The notes under the pieces are model-generated. The model did no database searches. It saw nothing but the letters and a program-made list of their open reading frames with translations, and had not been told where the DNA came from. From positions 62,001 to 126,000 of the IMG/VR virus record IMGVR_UViG_3300032245_001860: a stretch of DNA of 64,000 bases. One strand, given 5' to 3'. The position numbers and the translations under genes are program-made. Positions 28,459-38,809 of the stretch are shown here, piece by piece; positions within the stretch are counted from its first letter, which is position 1, and each line of letters starts with the position of its first letter.

Positions 28459-31400
28459 ATGTGTAATAATAAAGACTTTGTGCATCTTCACGCGCACACT
28501 CATTTCTCAATACAAGATGCTTTACCATCTCCAAAAAACTATGCTTTAAAAGCAAGAGAAATGGGATTTAGAGCTGCAGCAATTACTGACCACGGAAAAA
28601 TGGGTGGGGCAGTAGAATTTGCTGAAAACTGCAAACTTCCAGGCACAAATGATTCTATTAAACCAATTGTAGGCATTGAGGTTTACACATGTCCAGATCG
28701 TTTTGATAAATCTAAAACAGAAGAAGGAAGGCGTCAAAAACTTAATCATTTGACATTATTAGCACAAAATGAGACTGGATATAAGAATCTCTTATCGCTT
28801 TCTGCTTTGGGCAATGACCCTGATGCTTTTTATTATTCTCCTCGTGTTGACTGGGGATGTATTGAAAAGCATAGTGAAGGAGTCATTGCTCTTTCTGGTT
28901 GCTTGGCTTCTGAGCTTAATCAAGCCTTCATCAAAGAGCAACATGATACTGCGAATTCTGTTGTGGATAGGTTTAAGTCTGTCTTTGATGACCGATATTT
29001 CATAGAACTTCAATATCATGGAATTGAAGAGCAAAAACACAATATGAATTTGCTGTTAGACATAGCAAAAAAATACAATGTTCCAGTTGCAGCATCCAAT
29101 GATGTTCATTATCTTGAAAAAGTTGACTGGGAACTTCATGATGTCTTAATTCAGATGAGAGACCAAAGAGATGCAAGGTCTGGGGAAACTAAAAAAGGTG
29201 GCAAGAAAGAAGCTTATTCTTCACATCAATTTTTCTTAAAATCATTTGATGAAATGAATAAGATATTCTCCACTGTTCCTGATGCGTTGAAAAATACAGT
29301 CCATATTGCTGACATGGTGGACGATTTCTTCAAGTTAGATGTGCCTCACCTTTTACCACCAGCAAGATTGCCAGAAAACAATGAAGAGTTTAATTCTTTT
29401 TGGAAATTAAAACTTCCTTACCATAAAAAGAATGAAGCCTATCTTGCATTTCTTGCATTAAAAGGTCTTCGTCAGCTTGGATTTGGTAATAACAAAAAAT
29501 ATTTAGCCAGACTTGATTCAGAAATCAAACAGATCTGGTATATGGGTGTAACTGACTACTTTTTGATTCAAAGAGAAATGGTTGAGTTTATGAAAGGTAA
29601 ACAAATCCATTTCGGTATTCGTGGATCTGGAGTTGGAAGTTTAGTAAATTTCTGCCTTGAAGTCTGTGGTGTAGATCCTGTGCGTTGGAATCTCATGTTT
29701 GAAAGATTCTTAAACCCAGGTCGTGGAACTCAATACAAGGTTGACATTTCAGAATATCCAGTCAAACAATGGATGGAAAAATACAGTCATGTTGATCCAA
29801 TTTCTTTCTCTCATAAACTAAAAAAGATTGCTTCTAATTGGCTTGCAGAAAACCCTAAATACTTAGAGTTTGAACCTGATATTGAAAAAGAATTATGGGT
29901 GCTTGAAAATCAGGGTCTTTCAGCATACATTTATAGTCTTGGCAAAATGAATATCAAGACTAAAAATAATGATTGTCAATTATGGACTGCTGTAATGATG
30001 GGTATTACTAAACAAGTACCTGAGCAATCCTTGAAAGTATCTAAGGTTGCTGCTCTTCCCGATGTTGACACTGACATTGACGACTCTAAAAGATCTGAAG
30101 TTATTGATTGGACAAAAAGTAGATTTGGTGATGATCATGTAGCTCAGATTGGAACTTGGGGTAGATATGGTGCAAAAGCTGCTGTTGTTGGTTGTTTAAA
30201 AGCAAGCTCAAGATTTCAAGAAACATATCCTGAAACATATCATAATGAAGCTCTCAAGATTTCTGCTTTGATTTCTAAAAAGCCAGGATCTACTATTGAA
30301 GATACTATTTTAGAAAGTCAAGAGTTTGCAGTTTACTATGGTTTGTGGAAAGCTGAAATTGATAATGCTATCCATCTTGTTGGAACCATTTCAAACTTTG
30401 GAGTTCATGCAAGTGGTGTATTAGTATCAAGTGAGCCTGTTTATTTACATACACCAATTGAAAACTCAAAAGGTAACTTGTGTTCAGCTTACGACATGAA
30501 AAATGTTGAAAGAATGGGCTTGGTTAAATATGACTTCTTGGGTCTTGCTGCGTTTCAACAGATTTCTATTTGTCTGCAGCATATCAAGAGACTGTATGGG
30601 AAAGATATTAATTTTATTGATATTGACCTTGAAGACTCTAAGATTTTTAAAAATATTTACGCTAAAGGAAAAACAGCCTCAGTATTTCAATTTGCATCAA
30701 GGGGAATGCAACAAGCTTTGAAAGAAGTTGAAGCTTCTACTATTGAAGACTTAATTGCTGTTGCTGCTTTATATCGTCCTGGGCCTATGGAGTTCATTTC
30801 TCAATATGCTGAAGGTAAAAGAAATCCTGAATCAGTGAAGTATGCTCACCCTATCATAGAAAAGCATTTATCAGTTACTTTTGGAATTATGGTTTATCAA
30901 GAACAAGCAATGTTCTTAGCTCGTGATATGGCAAGTTTTACTTGGGCAGAAGTTGATAAGTTGAGAAAAGCTATTTCTAAAAAATCAGGAAAAGATTTTG
31001 ATGAGGCTTGTAACCTTTTCAAAACTAAAAGCTTAGCTAATGGAGTTACTGAAGAAGTAGTTGATGAAGTGCTTGGATTGATGGCTAAGTTTGGAGGTTA
31101 TGCCTTCAATAGATCTCATGCTTGTTCTTATGCATTGCTATCATATTACACAGCTTTTCTACGATATTATTATCCTTCAGAGTGGTTAGCTTCTTGTATC
31201 CAAATTGACAGACTTGATGAAGACAAAATTTCTATATTGAGAAAAGAATGTCATATGGATAAAATTTCTGTCAAAGAACCTGATATTAATGAGTCTGGTT
31301 TAGAAACAACAGTAAATAAAAAAGGTGAAATTATTTTACCTTTGTCCACTGTCAAAGGAGTTGGAGCAAGAGCAGAAGATATTATTAAGTGTCAGCCATT

Positions 31401-31713
31401 TGCAGACTTAAATGATTTAGCTACAAGAGCAAGACCTAACAGAATGATGGTTAGTGCTTTAGCTGAAGCCAATGCATTGAATTGCTTATCTGAAATTGCA
31501 GATTTTGAATTTCTTGAAGATTTCATGGAACATTGGGATAATCTTGTTGCTGAAAGAAACAGGCTTGAAAAACACGCCCTTAGACTAAAAAAATTAGAAG
31601 AAAACAACTCACTATCTATTGATAAAATTGTTAGCACAAACAAAACTTCTGGGGTAAGATCTACAAAATCTGAGAAGATTACAAAATTATTAAGCGACGA
31701 ATTATTTGATTGA
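28459..31713 (+). CDS. dnaE: DNA polymerase III alpha subunit
   Basis: PHP HLHAHTHFS, TDHG, RGSGVGSLV, FERFLNP, PDVDTD, HASGV, KYDFLGL, YRPGPM, YAFNRSHA. Confidence 0.95.
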   Translation: MCNNKDFVHLHAHTHFSIQDALPSPKNYALKAREMGFRAAAITDHGKMGGAVEFAENCKLPGTNDSIKPIVGIEVYTCPDRFDKSKTEEGRRQKLNHLTLLAQNETGYKNLLSLSALGNDPDAFYYSPRVDWGCIEKHSEGVIALSGCLASELNQAFIKEQHDTANSVVDRFKSVFDDRYFIELQYHGIEEQKHNMNLLLDIAKKYNVPVAASNDVHYLEKVDWELHDVLIQMRDQRDARSGETKKGGKKEAYSSHQFFLKSFDEMNKIFSTVPDALKNTVHIADMVDDFFKLDVPHLLPPARLPENNEEFNSFWKLKLPYHKKNEAYLAFLALKGLRQLGFGNNKKYLARLDSEIKQIWYMGVTDYFLIQREMVEFMKGKQIHFGIRGSGVGSLVNFCLEVCGVDPVRWNLMFERFLNPGRGTQYKVDISEYPVKQWMEKYSHVDPISFSHKLKKIASNWLAENPKYLEFEPDIEKELWVLENQGLSAYIYSLGKMNIKTKNNDCQLWTAVMMGITKQVPEQSLKVSKVAALPDVDTDIDDSKRSEVIDWTKSRFGDDHVAQIGTWGRYGAKAAVVGCLKASSRFQETYPETYHNEALKISALISKKPGSTIEDTILESQEFAVYYGLWKAEIDNAIHLVGTISNFGVHASGVLVSSEPVYLHTPIENSKGNLCSAYDMKNVERMGLVKYDFLGLAAFQQISICLQHIKRLYGKDINFIDIDLEDSKIFKNIYAKGKTASVFQFASRGMQQALKEVEASTIEDLIAVAALYRPGPMEFISQYAEGKRNPESVKYAHPIIEKHLSVTFGIMVYQEQAMFLARDMASFTWAEVDKLRKAISKKSGKDFDEACNLFKTKSLANGVTEEVVDEVLGLMAKFGGYAFNRSHACSYALLSYYTAFLRYYYPSEWLASCIQIDRLDEDKISILRKECHMDKISVKEPDINESGLETTVNKKGEIILPLSTVKGVGARAEDIIKCQPFADLNDLATRARPNRMMVSALAEANALNCLSEIADFEFLEDFMEHWDNLVAERNRLEKHALRLKKLEENNSLSIDKIVSTNKTSGVRSTKSEKITKLLSDELFD

Positions 31714-31722
31714 GGATATAAT

Positions 31723-32457
31723 ATGTTTATGTATGAAGATTCAGAAGAAGAAGATGTCGATTTAGAATCTGATGTCGCTGATAATACAATTCTTATAGCT
31801 GACATAGAATGGTCACCATTAATTGATTATGTTCCATGGACTGATCCAAACTTTGCACAAGATATTGCTGCAAGAATTAAAGGTATTACTATTGAAAGTT
31901 TTGCAAAAGAAGTGGATCTTTGGCAGCAAAATATTAGTGTTTTGCCTCATTATGATGAGCTGAAAATAAGACAAGAAGTAAGATCATGGGATATTTCAAT
32001 TCCAGGAAAAGACGAGTTTAATTTTGAGACTCATGCAATGTTCTATTCCCTACAAGTTCAGTATAGGAATAGACTAACAGAGATTGTATCAGTTGTGAAT
32101 GCTCACCACGAAATGCTTTCTCAAGCCTCTAAAGCCTTATCGGCAATGGCTACAAAATTAGCTTCAGGTACTGCAGTTGAAAAACAAGGTATTGGGGCTT
32201 TTACTGTGCATCCTTTTACAATAGCTCAAACAAACTGTAAAAGATTGCTCACTTATTTGGAAGCAGTAATGAAAAATATTGAATTTGCTTCTTACCAAAT
32301 GGACAGATTATTAAAGGAGCATCAAGCTCTTTCAAGGATTAACATGAACTTCCATAATGAAGGAATGTCAGCTATGTTAAACCAGGACAGACCAGGCTTG
32401 AAATCGAACTTTAATAATAGCACTGAAATAAGAACACGTAATAGACGAATTAATTAG
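31723..32457 (+). CDS. hypothetical helical protein, possible recombination mediator
   Basis: 244 aa between dnaE and ssb/recA. Confidence 0.5.
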   Translation: MFMYEDSEEEDVDLESDVADNTILIADIEWSPLIDYVPWTDPNFAQDIAARIKGITIESFAKEVDLWQQNISVLPHYDELKIRQEVRSWDISIPGKDEFNFETHAMFYSLQVQYRNRLTEIVSVVNAHHEMLSQASKALSAMATKLASGTAVEKQGIGAFTVHPFTIAQTNCKRLLTYLEAVMKNIEFASYQMDRLLKEHQALSRINMNFHNEGMSAMLNQDRPGLKSNFNNSTEIRTRNRRIN

Positions 32458-32534
32458 TCTCAAGTGTTGCATCAGTCAAAAAACCTGATAAACTAAAAAT
32501 AGAGGGACGAAGTTCCCCAGAAAGAGAGTAAACA

Positions 32535-33524
32535 ATGGTTAGAAAATACGCTTCTTCCCAGCAGATTCTTGCTGGAGCAACACCAAAGCCACAGGGTAAC
32601 AACTACCCAAAGTGGTCTGACATGATGGTAAATCTGTCTGTCAAGGAACAGAAGAGAGTTACTCGTAAACTCAAGCTTGTTGGTGATCCTTATGAGTTCA
32701 CTGAGTACGTAGACAAGCAGTATGTTCCAAATCCAACAAATGATCCTGCTTTGAAGGGCAAGACTGTCCGTGTTCCATTCCCTGACGCAGATGTTAAGAA
32801 GTCTTTCACTCGTATTGGAAATGATGAAGATCCTGCTAACTGCCCATGGAAGAAGCTTGGGTATATCTCAACCACTCAATATGCTCAGAATTGCTTAGAA
32901 AAGCAAGATGATGGCACTTGGGTTGTCAAGATTCTTAAGAAGGGCAAGTCTATCTTCCGTGACATTGCTAAGGAACAAATCAATCGCTACAATGATCCAG
33001 AGTTGGATGATGATGATCCTAAGCACTTCGGTGTTAGAACCTCTCCTTGTGTTCGAATCACTGCTGAAGCTACTGGATATGAAGGTCCAAAGTCTGTTGA
33101 GTATTCTGTTGGATTTGATCCAAAGTCTACTTATATTTCGGATGAAATGATTGAGATGCTTCGCAAGGTTGGTGAACCTACTGCAGAAGATTTAGCAGAA
33201 GAGAGAGCTAACTACAATCGCTGTCGCAAATCAGATCCTTCAATGCCAGAATGGGAAGACTTCTTCCTTTATGGTTACCCTCTTCACAAGATTTTCAAGC
33301 ATACTCCTATTGCTGGAACTGAAACTGAAACTGTCAAGGCTGCTACAAAGCATGTTGAAGAGGATATGGAACCTGATGTAAAGGGATACCATGTTTCTCC
33401 TCCTAAGTCTCAGCCAGTAGAAGATGTTGTTGAAAAGAAGACTGTTCGCAAGCCTACTCCTCCTCCACCACCAGTTGATGAAGATGAAGATGATTCAATT
33501 GGCTGGATGAACGAAGAAGATTAA
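32535..33524 (+). CDS. putative single-stranded DNA-binding protein
   Basis: Acidic C-terminal tail DEDEDDSIGWMNEED, Pro-rich linker, position upstream of recA. Confidence 0.55.
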   Translation: MVRKYASSQQILAGATPKPQGNNYPKWSDMMVNLSVKEQKRVTRKLKLVGDPYEFTEYVDKQYVPNPTNDPALKGKTVRVPFPDADVKKSFTRIGNDEDPANCPWKKLGYISTTQYAQNCLEKQDDGTWVVKILKKGKSIFRDIAKEQINRYNDPELDDDDPKHFGVRTSPCVRITAEATGYEGPKSVEYSVGFDPKSTYISDEMIEMLRKVGEPTAEDLAEERANYNRCRKSDPSMPEWEDFFLYGYPLHKIFKHTPIAGTETETVKAATKHVEEDMEPDVKGYHVSPPKSQPVEDVVEKKTVRKPTPPPPPVDEDEDDSIGWMNEED

Positions 33525-33530
33525 CATATC

Positions 33531-33561
33531 AGGGACAGCCTTTTTGGGCTGTCCCTTTTTT
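33531..33561 (+). terminator. intrinsic terminator
   Basis: agggacagcc-tttttg-ggctgtccct-ttttt. Confidence 0.8.
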
Positions 33562-33572
33562 AGGAGAAGATA

Positions 33573-34793
33573 ATGGCAAAAGAAGTAAAAAATAGTATTC
33601 AAGATATTGTGGATAAAGACCAAGAGCGTCTGTTAAAGCAAAAACTTAAAGCATTAGGTATTGATGAAAAATGTATCAAACCTGGTGATGTTGATAATGT
33701 GGAATTTATTCCTACAGGTGTATTTGAAGTAGATTCAATTCTTGGTGCTGGAATGGGAATTCCGACAGGTACGCTAATTGAATTTTGTGGAGAATCTCAA
33801 TCAGGTAAGACTTGGTTAGGTTATAAACTAATTGCAGAAGCACAAAAGCAAGGCAAGAAATGTGCTTTCTTTAACATTGAGAACTCATATTATCCCCAGA
33901 GAGCAATTTCATGTGGTGTCAATGTATCTCAACTTTTATTAGTAGAAAATGTTGGTTCTGCTGAAAAGTATGGTGAGTTGCTCAAGTACATGGTTGAAAC
34001 AGGCGATTATGCGATAATTGTAGTTGATTCTATTTCAGCTATGATTCCAAATGATGAATTAGAAAAATCACTTGAGCAAGTTCAAACAATTGGCCTTCAT
34101 GCACGATTTGTCAAGCGTTTGACTAAAGACTTGACTGCAAAAACAGCTGCTACTGGAACAATAGTTGTTCTCATTAACCAGCTTTATATGGGTGCTGGTG
34201 TGATGCCTGGAACTATGACTAAAACAGCTTCAGGTGGTAATGCAATGAACTACTTCACCCATATGCGCCTATGGATTAATAAGATTAATGGTGCTGCTGG
34301 GCAAGTAACCAAAAAAGACGCAGAAGGCAAAGATGTGGTTATTGGTGGCAAAAGCAAAGTTCTTGTTATGAAGACTCGCTATGGCCAACCTAATGTTACT
34401 GGTGAATTCAAAATTATGTTCACTGATGATGAAACCACCAATCCTGTTGATGAATTTCTTTACAAGGCTAAGGCAAAGGGTTTCGAATATATTAAGGAAA
34501 TCCGTAAGAAATTTATTTACACGAATATTGACACTGGTGAAGTTGTTGAGTCAAAGGATGCATATGAATTTTGCAAACTATTAATGGCTCAACCAGCTCC
34601 TGAAAAGCGTACCCGTGGAGATATGTCAACCACTGCTTTTGAATATATCTGTGGACGATTAAAGGTTCTTGGCAAACCTCTTACTGATCTTTTAGAAGCA
34701 ATTAGTAAGGGTCCAGCAACGGACGAACTTGATGATGATGACGATGACGATGGTGGTATTTCTTTTGAAGAAGCTGCTAAAATAATGTTATAG
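33573..34793 (+). CDS. recA: RecA/UvsX recombinase
   Basis: GESQSGKT, IVVDSISAM, INQL, SGGNAMNY. Confidence 0.92.
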   Translation: MAKEVKNSIQDIVDKDQERLLKQKLKALGIDEKCIKPGDVDNVEFIPTGVFEVDSILGAGMGIPTGTLIEFCGESQSGKTWLGYKLIAEAQKQGKKCAFFNIENSYYPQRAISCGVNVSQLLLVENVGSAEKYGELLKYMVETGDYAIIVVDSISAMIPNDELEKSLEQVQTIGLHARFVKRLTKDLTAKTAATGTIVVLINQLYMGAGVMPGTMTKTASGGNAMNYFTHMRLWINKINGAAGQVTKKDAEGKDVVIGGKSKVLVMKTRYGQPNVTGEFKIMFTDDETTNPVDEFLYKAKAKGFEYIKEIRKKFIYTNIDTGEVVESKDAYEFCKLLMAQPAPEKRTRGDMSTTAFEYICGRLKVLGKPLTDLLEAISKGPATDELDDDDDDDGGISFEEAAKIML

Positions 34794-34821
34794 AATAAAG
34801 GTCTCGCAAGAGACCTTTATT
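34794..34821 (+). terminator. intrinsic terminator
   Basis: aataaaggtctc-gcaa-gagacctttatt. Confidence 0.8.
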
Positions 34822-34827
34822 GTTTTA

Positions 34828-34836
34828 TGATAAAAT
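34828..34836 (+). promoter_or_regulatory. extended -10 promoter of a leaderless transcript
   Basis: TGaTAAAAT 6 nt before ATG 34843. Confidence 0.55.
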
Positions 34837-34842
34837 AAGATC

Positions 34843-35598
34843 ATGGAAAATAAAGAAATATCTTTCCAACAATTCATAAGAAATCTCAATGAAAATACTC
34901 ATGCTCAAAAGTATTTTAAGTCAAGAGGTTTATCAAAGAATATTGTCAAAGAAGGATTGGTAGGTTTTTGTCCTACTTACTCAAGATATTCTTTTCCTTT
35001 ATTGAGAGGAAGGTTGATAGTTCCCATAAGAGATGTATATGGGAAAACTATTGCTCTCGCTGGCAGACAAATACCAGATATTAAGGATGACTTAATAACT
35101 TCTTTTTGGGAATCTTTTGGAAGCGAACCATCAAAATGTCAAGATCGTATTTCGAAATGGTCAAAAGGCAAATGGATTAATGAACCTTATGTTAAGGCTA
35201 AAAATTTGTTTTTTCTTGATCAGTCTAAAAAATATGTACGAGAGAAAAATTACATTATCTTAGTTGAAGGATATTTTGATGTTTATTCACTTTATGACAA
35301 TGGGATTAAGAATGTTGCAGCTATATGCGGAACATCTATTTCTGAATATCAAATTGCATTAGCTTCAAGGTTTTGCGATAATATTGTTACTCTTATGGAT
35401 TCAGATTTTGCTGGAAAAACTGCAGCTAACAAAATTGTTTCCAAGGTAGAAGATTTAGGTTTAAAAGCTTTTAAGGTTTATTTACCTGTTGGAATGGATC
35501 CAGATGATTTTGCTAAGAATTATGACACTTCATTTTTAAATGAATCTATTAGCAACATGATAGCAGATTCAAAAAAAGAACTATATATTGGGATTTAA
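34843..35598 (+). CDS. dnaG: DNA primase catalytic (TOPRIM) domain lacking the zinc finger
   Basis: YFKSRGL, RLIVPIRD..G..IALAGR, KWIN, VEGYFDV, MDSDFAG, DPDDF. Confidence 0.88.
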   Translation: MENKEISFQQFIRNLNENTHAQKYFKSRGLSKNIVKEGLVGFCPTYSRYSFPLLRGRLIVPIRDVYGKTIALAGRQIPDIKDDLITSFWESFGSEPSKCQDRISKWSKGKWINEPYVKAKNLFFLDQSKKYVREKNYIILVEGYFDVYSLYDNGIKNVAAICGTSISEYQIALASRFCDNIVTLMDSDFAGKTAANKIVSKVEDLGLKAFKVYLPVGMDPDDFAKNYDTSFLNESISNMIADSKKELYIGI

Positions 35599-35599
35599 T

Positions 35600-37393
35600 A
35601 TGGAAGAAATAAGCACTGTTTGGCAAATGAAACCTTGTGATACTCAAATCATGAGAGAAATAGCTTACGAGTTGGAACTACCTTTGTCTGTTGCTCAAGT
35701 TATGGTAACAAGAGGTATTGATTCTATAAGCAAAGCACAAAAATTCTTCAAGTTAGATATCAACAAACTTCATAATCCTTTTTTACTTCCAGATGCCCAA
35801 AAAGCAGTAGATAGATTAAATAAAGCTATAGACGATCAAGAGAAGATTTTTGTATGGGGTGACTATGATGTTGACGGTATTACATCAACAGCTATAGTTG
35901 TTACAGCGCTCAAGAAAATGGGTGCTAATTTTGAATTTAAAGTTCCTCATAGAATGGAAGATGGATATGACATCAAAGTTCATTCTGTTGATGAAGCAAT
36001 CTCAAGAGAAGCAAAGCTTTTGATGTCTGTAGACTGCGGTATCGTTGCTTTTGAAACTGCTGAGTATGCAAAGAAGTGTGGCTTAGACTTGATAATCACT
36101 GATCACCACCACCCTTCTGATGATGGAAGAATTCCTGACTGTATTGCTGTAGTAAATCCTAATAGGGACGATCCTTACTATCCTGGTGAACATTTCAAAG
36201 AGCATTTGCAGGAAGGCTTTAAGAGATATCCATTTGATCATCTTGCTGGCTGTGGCATTGCAATGAAGCTGATGTTAGGACTTGCCAAAAGTAGGAAGCT
36301 TAATGTCATGGATTTTGTAAATGACTTAGTCGAATTTGCAGCACTTGGAACTGTTGCTGACGTTGCTCCTATGTATGACGAAAACAGAATAATTGTTTCA
36401 TATGGTTGTCAAATTTTATCAAGAAGTGTAAAGCCTGGAGTTGCTGAGTTACTTAGAATTGCAAATGTCAAAGAAGTGACAACTACTTCTATCGGCTTTC
36501 AAATTGGCCCAAGAATTAATGCCATAGGAAGACTTGCAGATTCTGGCACTGCATTAGCTTTACTGTTAGCTGAAAATGACATCATTGCTGCAAATTTAGC
36601 GCAAAAATTAGAAAGTGCAAACAGAAAAAGACAAGAGCAACAAGAAAAAGCTATTGCCGAAGCTATTGAGTTTGTAGAAAAAACCGTTGACCTCGAAAAT
36701 GAACATATTGTTGTGTTAGGTCAAGAAGATTGGCATCCAGGTTTGATAGGTTTGATAGCTGGAAAAATTGCAGAAATGTATCATAAGCCTACATTGATTT
36801 GTTCTTTCAAAAATGATGGATATGCTAAAGGTTCTTGTAGGTCTGTAAGAGATTTCAACATTCTTGATGCTTTAAAATCTGAAGAAGCATGGGCCTTATT
36901 TAAGAAAAGAGCGGATGGTTCTACTGTTTGTGGTGGACATGCCTTTGCTGCTGGATTTGAATTAGCAATAGAAAACATTCCAGCAATGAGAAAAGCTTTG
37001 AACAAATATGCTCAAGATAAAATGGGAGAGCCTGTCAAAGAAAAGGTTATTGATATTGATGCAAAATTGCCTTTTTATGAGTTGAACATGAAAACATATA
37101 TCAACCTCATGAAACTTTCTCCATTTGGTTCAGGAAACAATAATCCAATATTTGTTACAAGAGGACTAAAGGTTGTAGAAGCTAAACCACTCTCAAAAGG
37201 CAAACATCTCAAGTTAAGGCTATCAGACGGAGATAAAACTTGGGTTCCTGCTAATGCTTGGAGAAAGGGCCATCTTGGTGAAAAAATTAAAGCTGGTTCT
37301 ACAGTTGATGTTGCATATACTCTTGATTTGGACTCTTGGTCTGGAAATAATAATTTAGTTATGATTATTGAAGATATTACTAATATCAAGTAG
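35600..37393 (+). CDS. recJ: ssDNA-specific exonuclease RecJ
   Basis: GDYDVDG, VDCG, TDHH, LGTVADV, PRINAIGRL, GSCRS, GGHAFAAG, PFGSGN. Confidence 0.95.
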   Translation: MEEISTVWQMKPCDTQIMREIAYELELPLSVAQVMVTRGIDSISKAQKFFKLDINKLHNPFLLPDAQKAVDRLNKAIDDQEKIFVWGDYDVDGITSTAIVVTALKKMGANFEFKVPHRMEDGYDIKVHSVDEAISREAKLLMSVDCGIVAFETAEYAKKCGLDLIITDHHHPSDDGRIPDCIAVVNPNRDDPYYPGEHFKEHLQEGFKRYPFDHLAGCGIAMKLMLGLAKSRKLNVMDFVNDLVEFAALGTVADVAPMYDENRIIVSYGCQILSRSVKPGVAELLRIANVKEVTTTSIGFQIGPRINAIGRLADSGTALALLLAENDIIAANLAQKLESANRKRQEQQEKAIAEAIEFVEKTVDLENEHIVVLGQEDWHPGLIGLIAGKIAEMYHKPTLICSFKNDGYAKGSCRSVRDFNILDALKSEEAWALFKKRADGSTVCGGHAFAAGFELAIENIPAMRKALNKYAQDKMGEPVKEKVIDIDAKLPFYELNMKTYINLMKLSPFGSGNNNPIFVTRGLKVVEAKPLSKGKHLKLRLSDGDKTWVPANAWRKGHLGEKIKAGSTVDVAYTLDLDSWSGNNNLVMIIEDITNIK

Positions 37394-37447
37394 TTTACAT
37401 ATTTTTAAATTTTACACATAATACTTACATCCTCTGGAGTAAGCATT

Positions 37448-38416
37448 GTGAATAATGATTTAAAGATTGCTAACAGTAAAGTACAAGAAAGTTTAGAAGC
37501 TGCAATATTAAGGTATCAAAAAAGCTTATTATCGAATAATAAGAATTTAATTGATAAGTATTACAAAGAGATTTGTAAACTTTATCCACCATATCTACAC
37601 ATGCAAGAATGGTGGAATCAATATCATTATTTATATGATTCACAAGAAGACTTTGCTTCAGATTACATTAAGATATTTTGCAATGTTTTATCAAATTGGA
37701 AACCCAGATCCACACGTAAAAAATCAAGATATGGTGGGTCTGGAGAATTCAAAAACTATTTTATTGGCGCATTGCAGCATAACTATATTAATTTAGTTAA
37801 GGCTGATAATGCTGGTAAAAGAAATCCATCTCAAAAATGTCCAATATGTGAAAAATGGGTAAATCCTTTGTCCACCCATGTTTTACATCATCATACAAAT
37901 TTATTATGGGACTATCTAAAATTGCAAGGATACATTTTAGAAGTATTAGAAAAATGCCCATTCTGTAAATCTCACAAAATGCCCAGAACTTTTACTTGTG
38001 ATGAAAAATGTGAAAATCAAGTTGAAAATGGTTGCGAAAAATGCATAATAGATAAGAGGACATTAGCTATCAAGAAACATCTTTTATCAAAACATTCATC
38101 AATGCTTTTTCAAAGATTTAATGAATTGTATCCAAATCATCAAACAGTATCGCCAAGAGCTTTGAGTGTATATTTGTCAGAAGAAGATGATTCCGATGAA
38201 AATTGCTATTATGACCAAATAAAGGACGAAAGTAAAATTGACAGCTTTCTTGAAGTTGAAATGTCTGATTTGGAAAATAGAATAATTCAAAATGCACTCA
38301 ATGGATCTTCAAGTGTAAAATTTGACGCAAAGCTTTATAATTGCTCAATGGAAGAGTTCAATGGAGCTCTTGAAAGCATAAAGAATAAGATGTCCCTTTT
38401 TGGGTTGGAAGGATAA
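37448..38416 (+). CDS. sigma-70 region-2-like protein with inserted zinc fingers
   Basis: EDFASDYIKIFCNVLSNWKP...FKNYFIGALQHNYINLVK resembles region 2; CPIC...HVLHHH and CPFC...HLLSKH fingers. Confidence 0.5.
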   Translation: MNNDLKIANSKVQESLEAAILRYQKSLLSNNKNLIDKYYKEICKLYPPYLHMQEWWNQYHYLYDSQEDFASDYIKIFCNVLSNWKPRSTRKKSRYGGSGEFKNYFIGALQHNYINLVKADNAGKRNPSQKCPICEKWVNPLSTHVLHHHTNLLWDYLKLQGYILEVLEKCPFCKSHKMPRTFTCDEKCENQVENGCEKCIIDKRTLAIKKHLLSKHSSMLFQRFNELYPNHQTVSPRALSVYLSEEDDSDENCYYDQIKDESKIDSFLEVEMSDLENRIIQNALNGSSSVKFDAKLYNCSMEEFNGALESIKNKMSLFGLEG

Positions 38417-38418
38417 TT

Positions 38419-38805
38419 ATGATCGAAAATTTAGACGAACCAAGTATTGTTGCTGAAAAAGAACCTAAAGCAAGAGTCAAGAATGACCCAAGAATTCTTA
38501 AAGCCAGAGGAGGAGATCCAAATGACCCTGATGAAAACAGAAGGCCTACAGATCCAGTTGGCCTTTCAAGAAGTATTTTACATGTCCTAAAGGATCATGA
38601 ATATGTAAGAGTTTTGTCAGTTGGACCAACCGCTTTAGCCTCAGTTATGTCAGCTTTCAGGTTGGCTTCAAGAGAAATTGAATCACTTACAAATGGCTCT
38701 GTTTTAGTATGCAGACAGTCAGAATACAGTGCAGAAATTGGTGGTAAGAAGGCAAAGGGAGTTTCAACTCGTATCTTTGCTATTGATATTAAATACGCTT
38801 TGTAA
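38419..38805 (+). CDS. SpoVS-like (Alba-fold) nucleic-acid-binding protein
   Basis: TDPVGLSRSILHVLKDHEYVRVLSVGPTALASVMSAFRLA...LVCRQSEYSAEIGGKK aligns by eye with SpoVS (PNSVAGALAGVLRERGAAEIQAIGAGALNQAVKAVAIA...LICIPAFTDIQIDGEE). Confidence 0.7.
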   Translation: MIENLDEPSIVAEKEPKARVKNDPRILKARGGDPNDPDENRRPTDPVGLSRSILHVLKDHEYVRVLSVGPTALASVMSAFRLASREIESLTNGSVLVCRQSEYSAEIGGKKAKGVSTRIFAIDIKYAL

Positions 38806-38809
38806 AACT

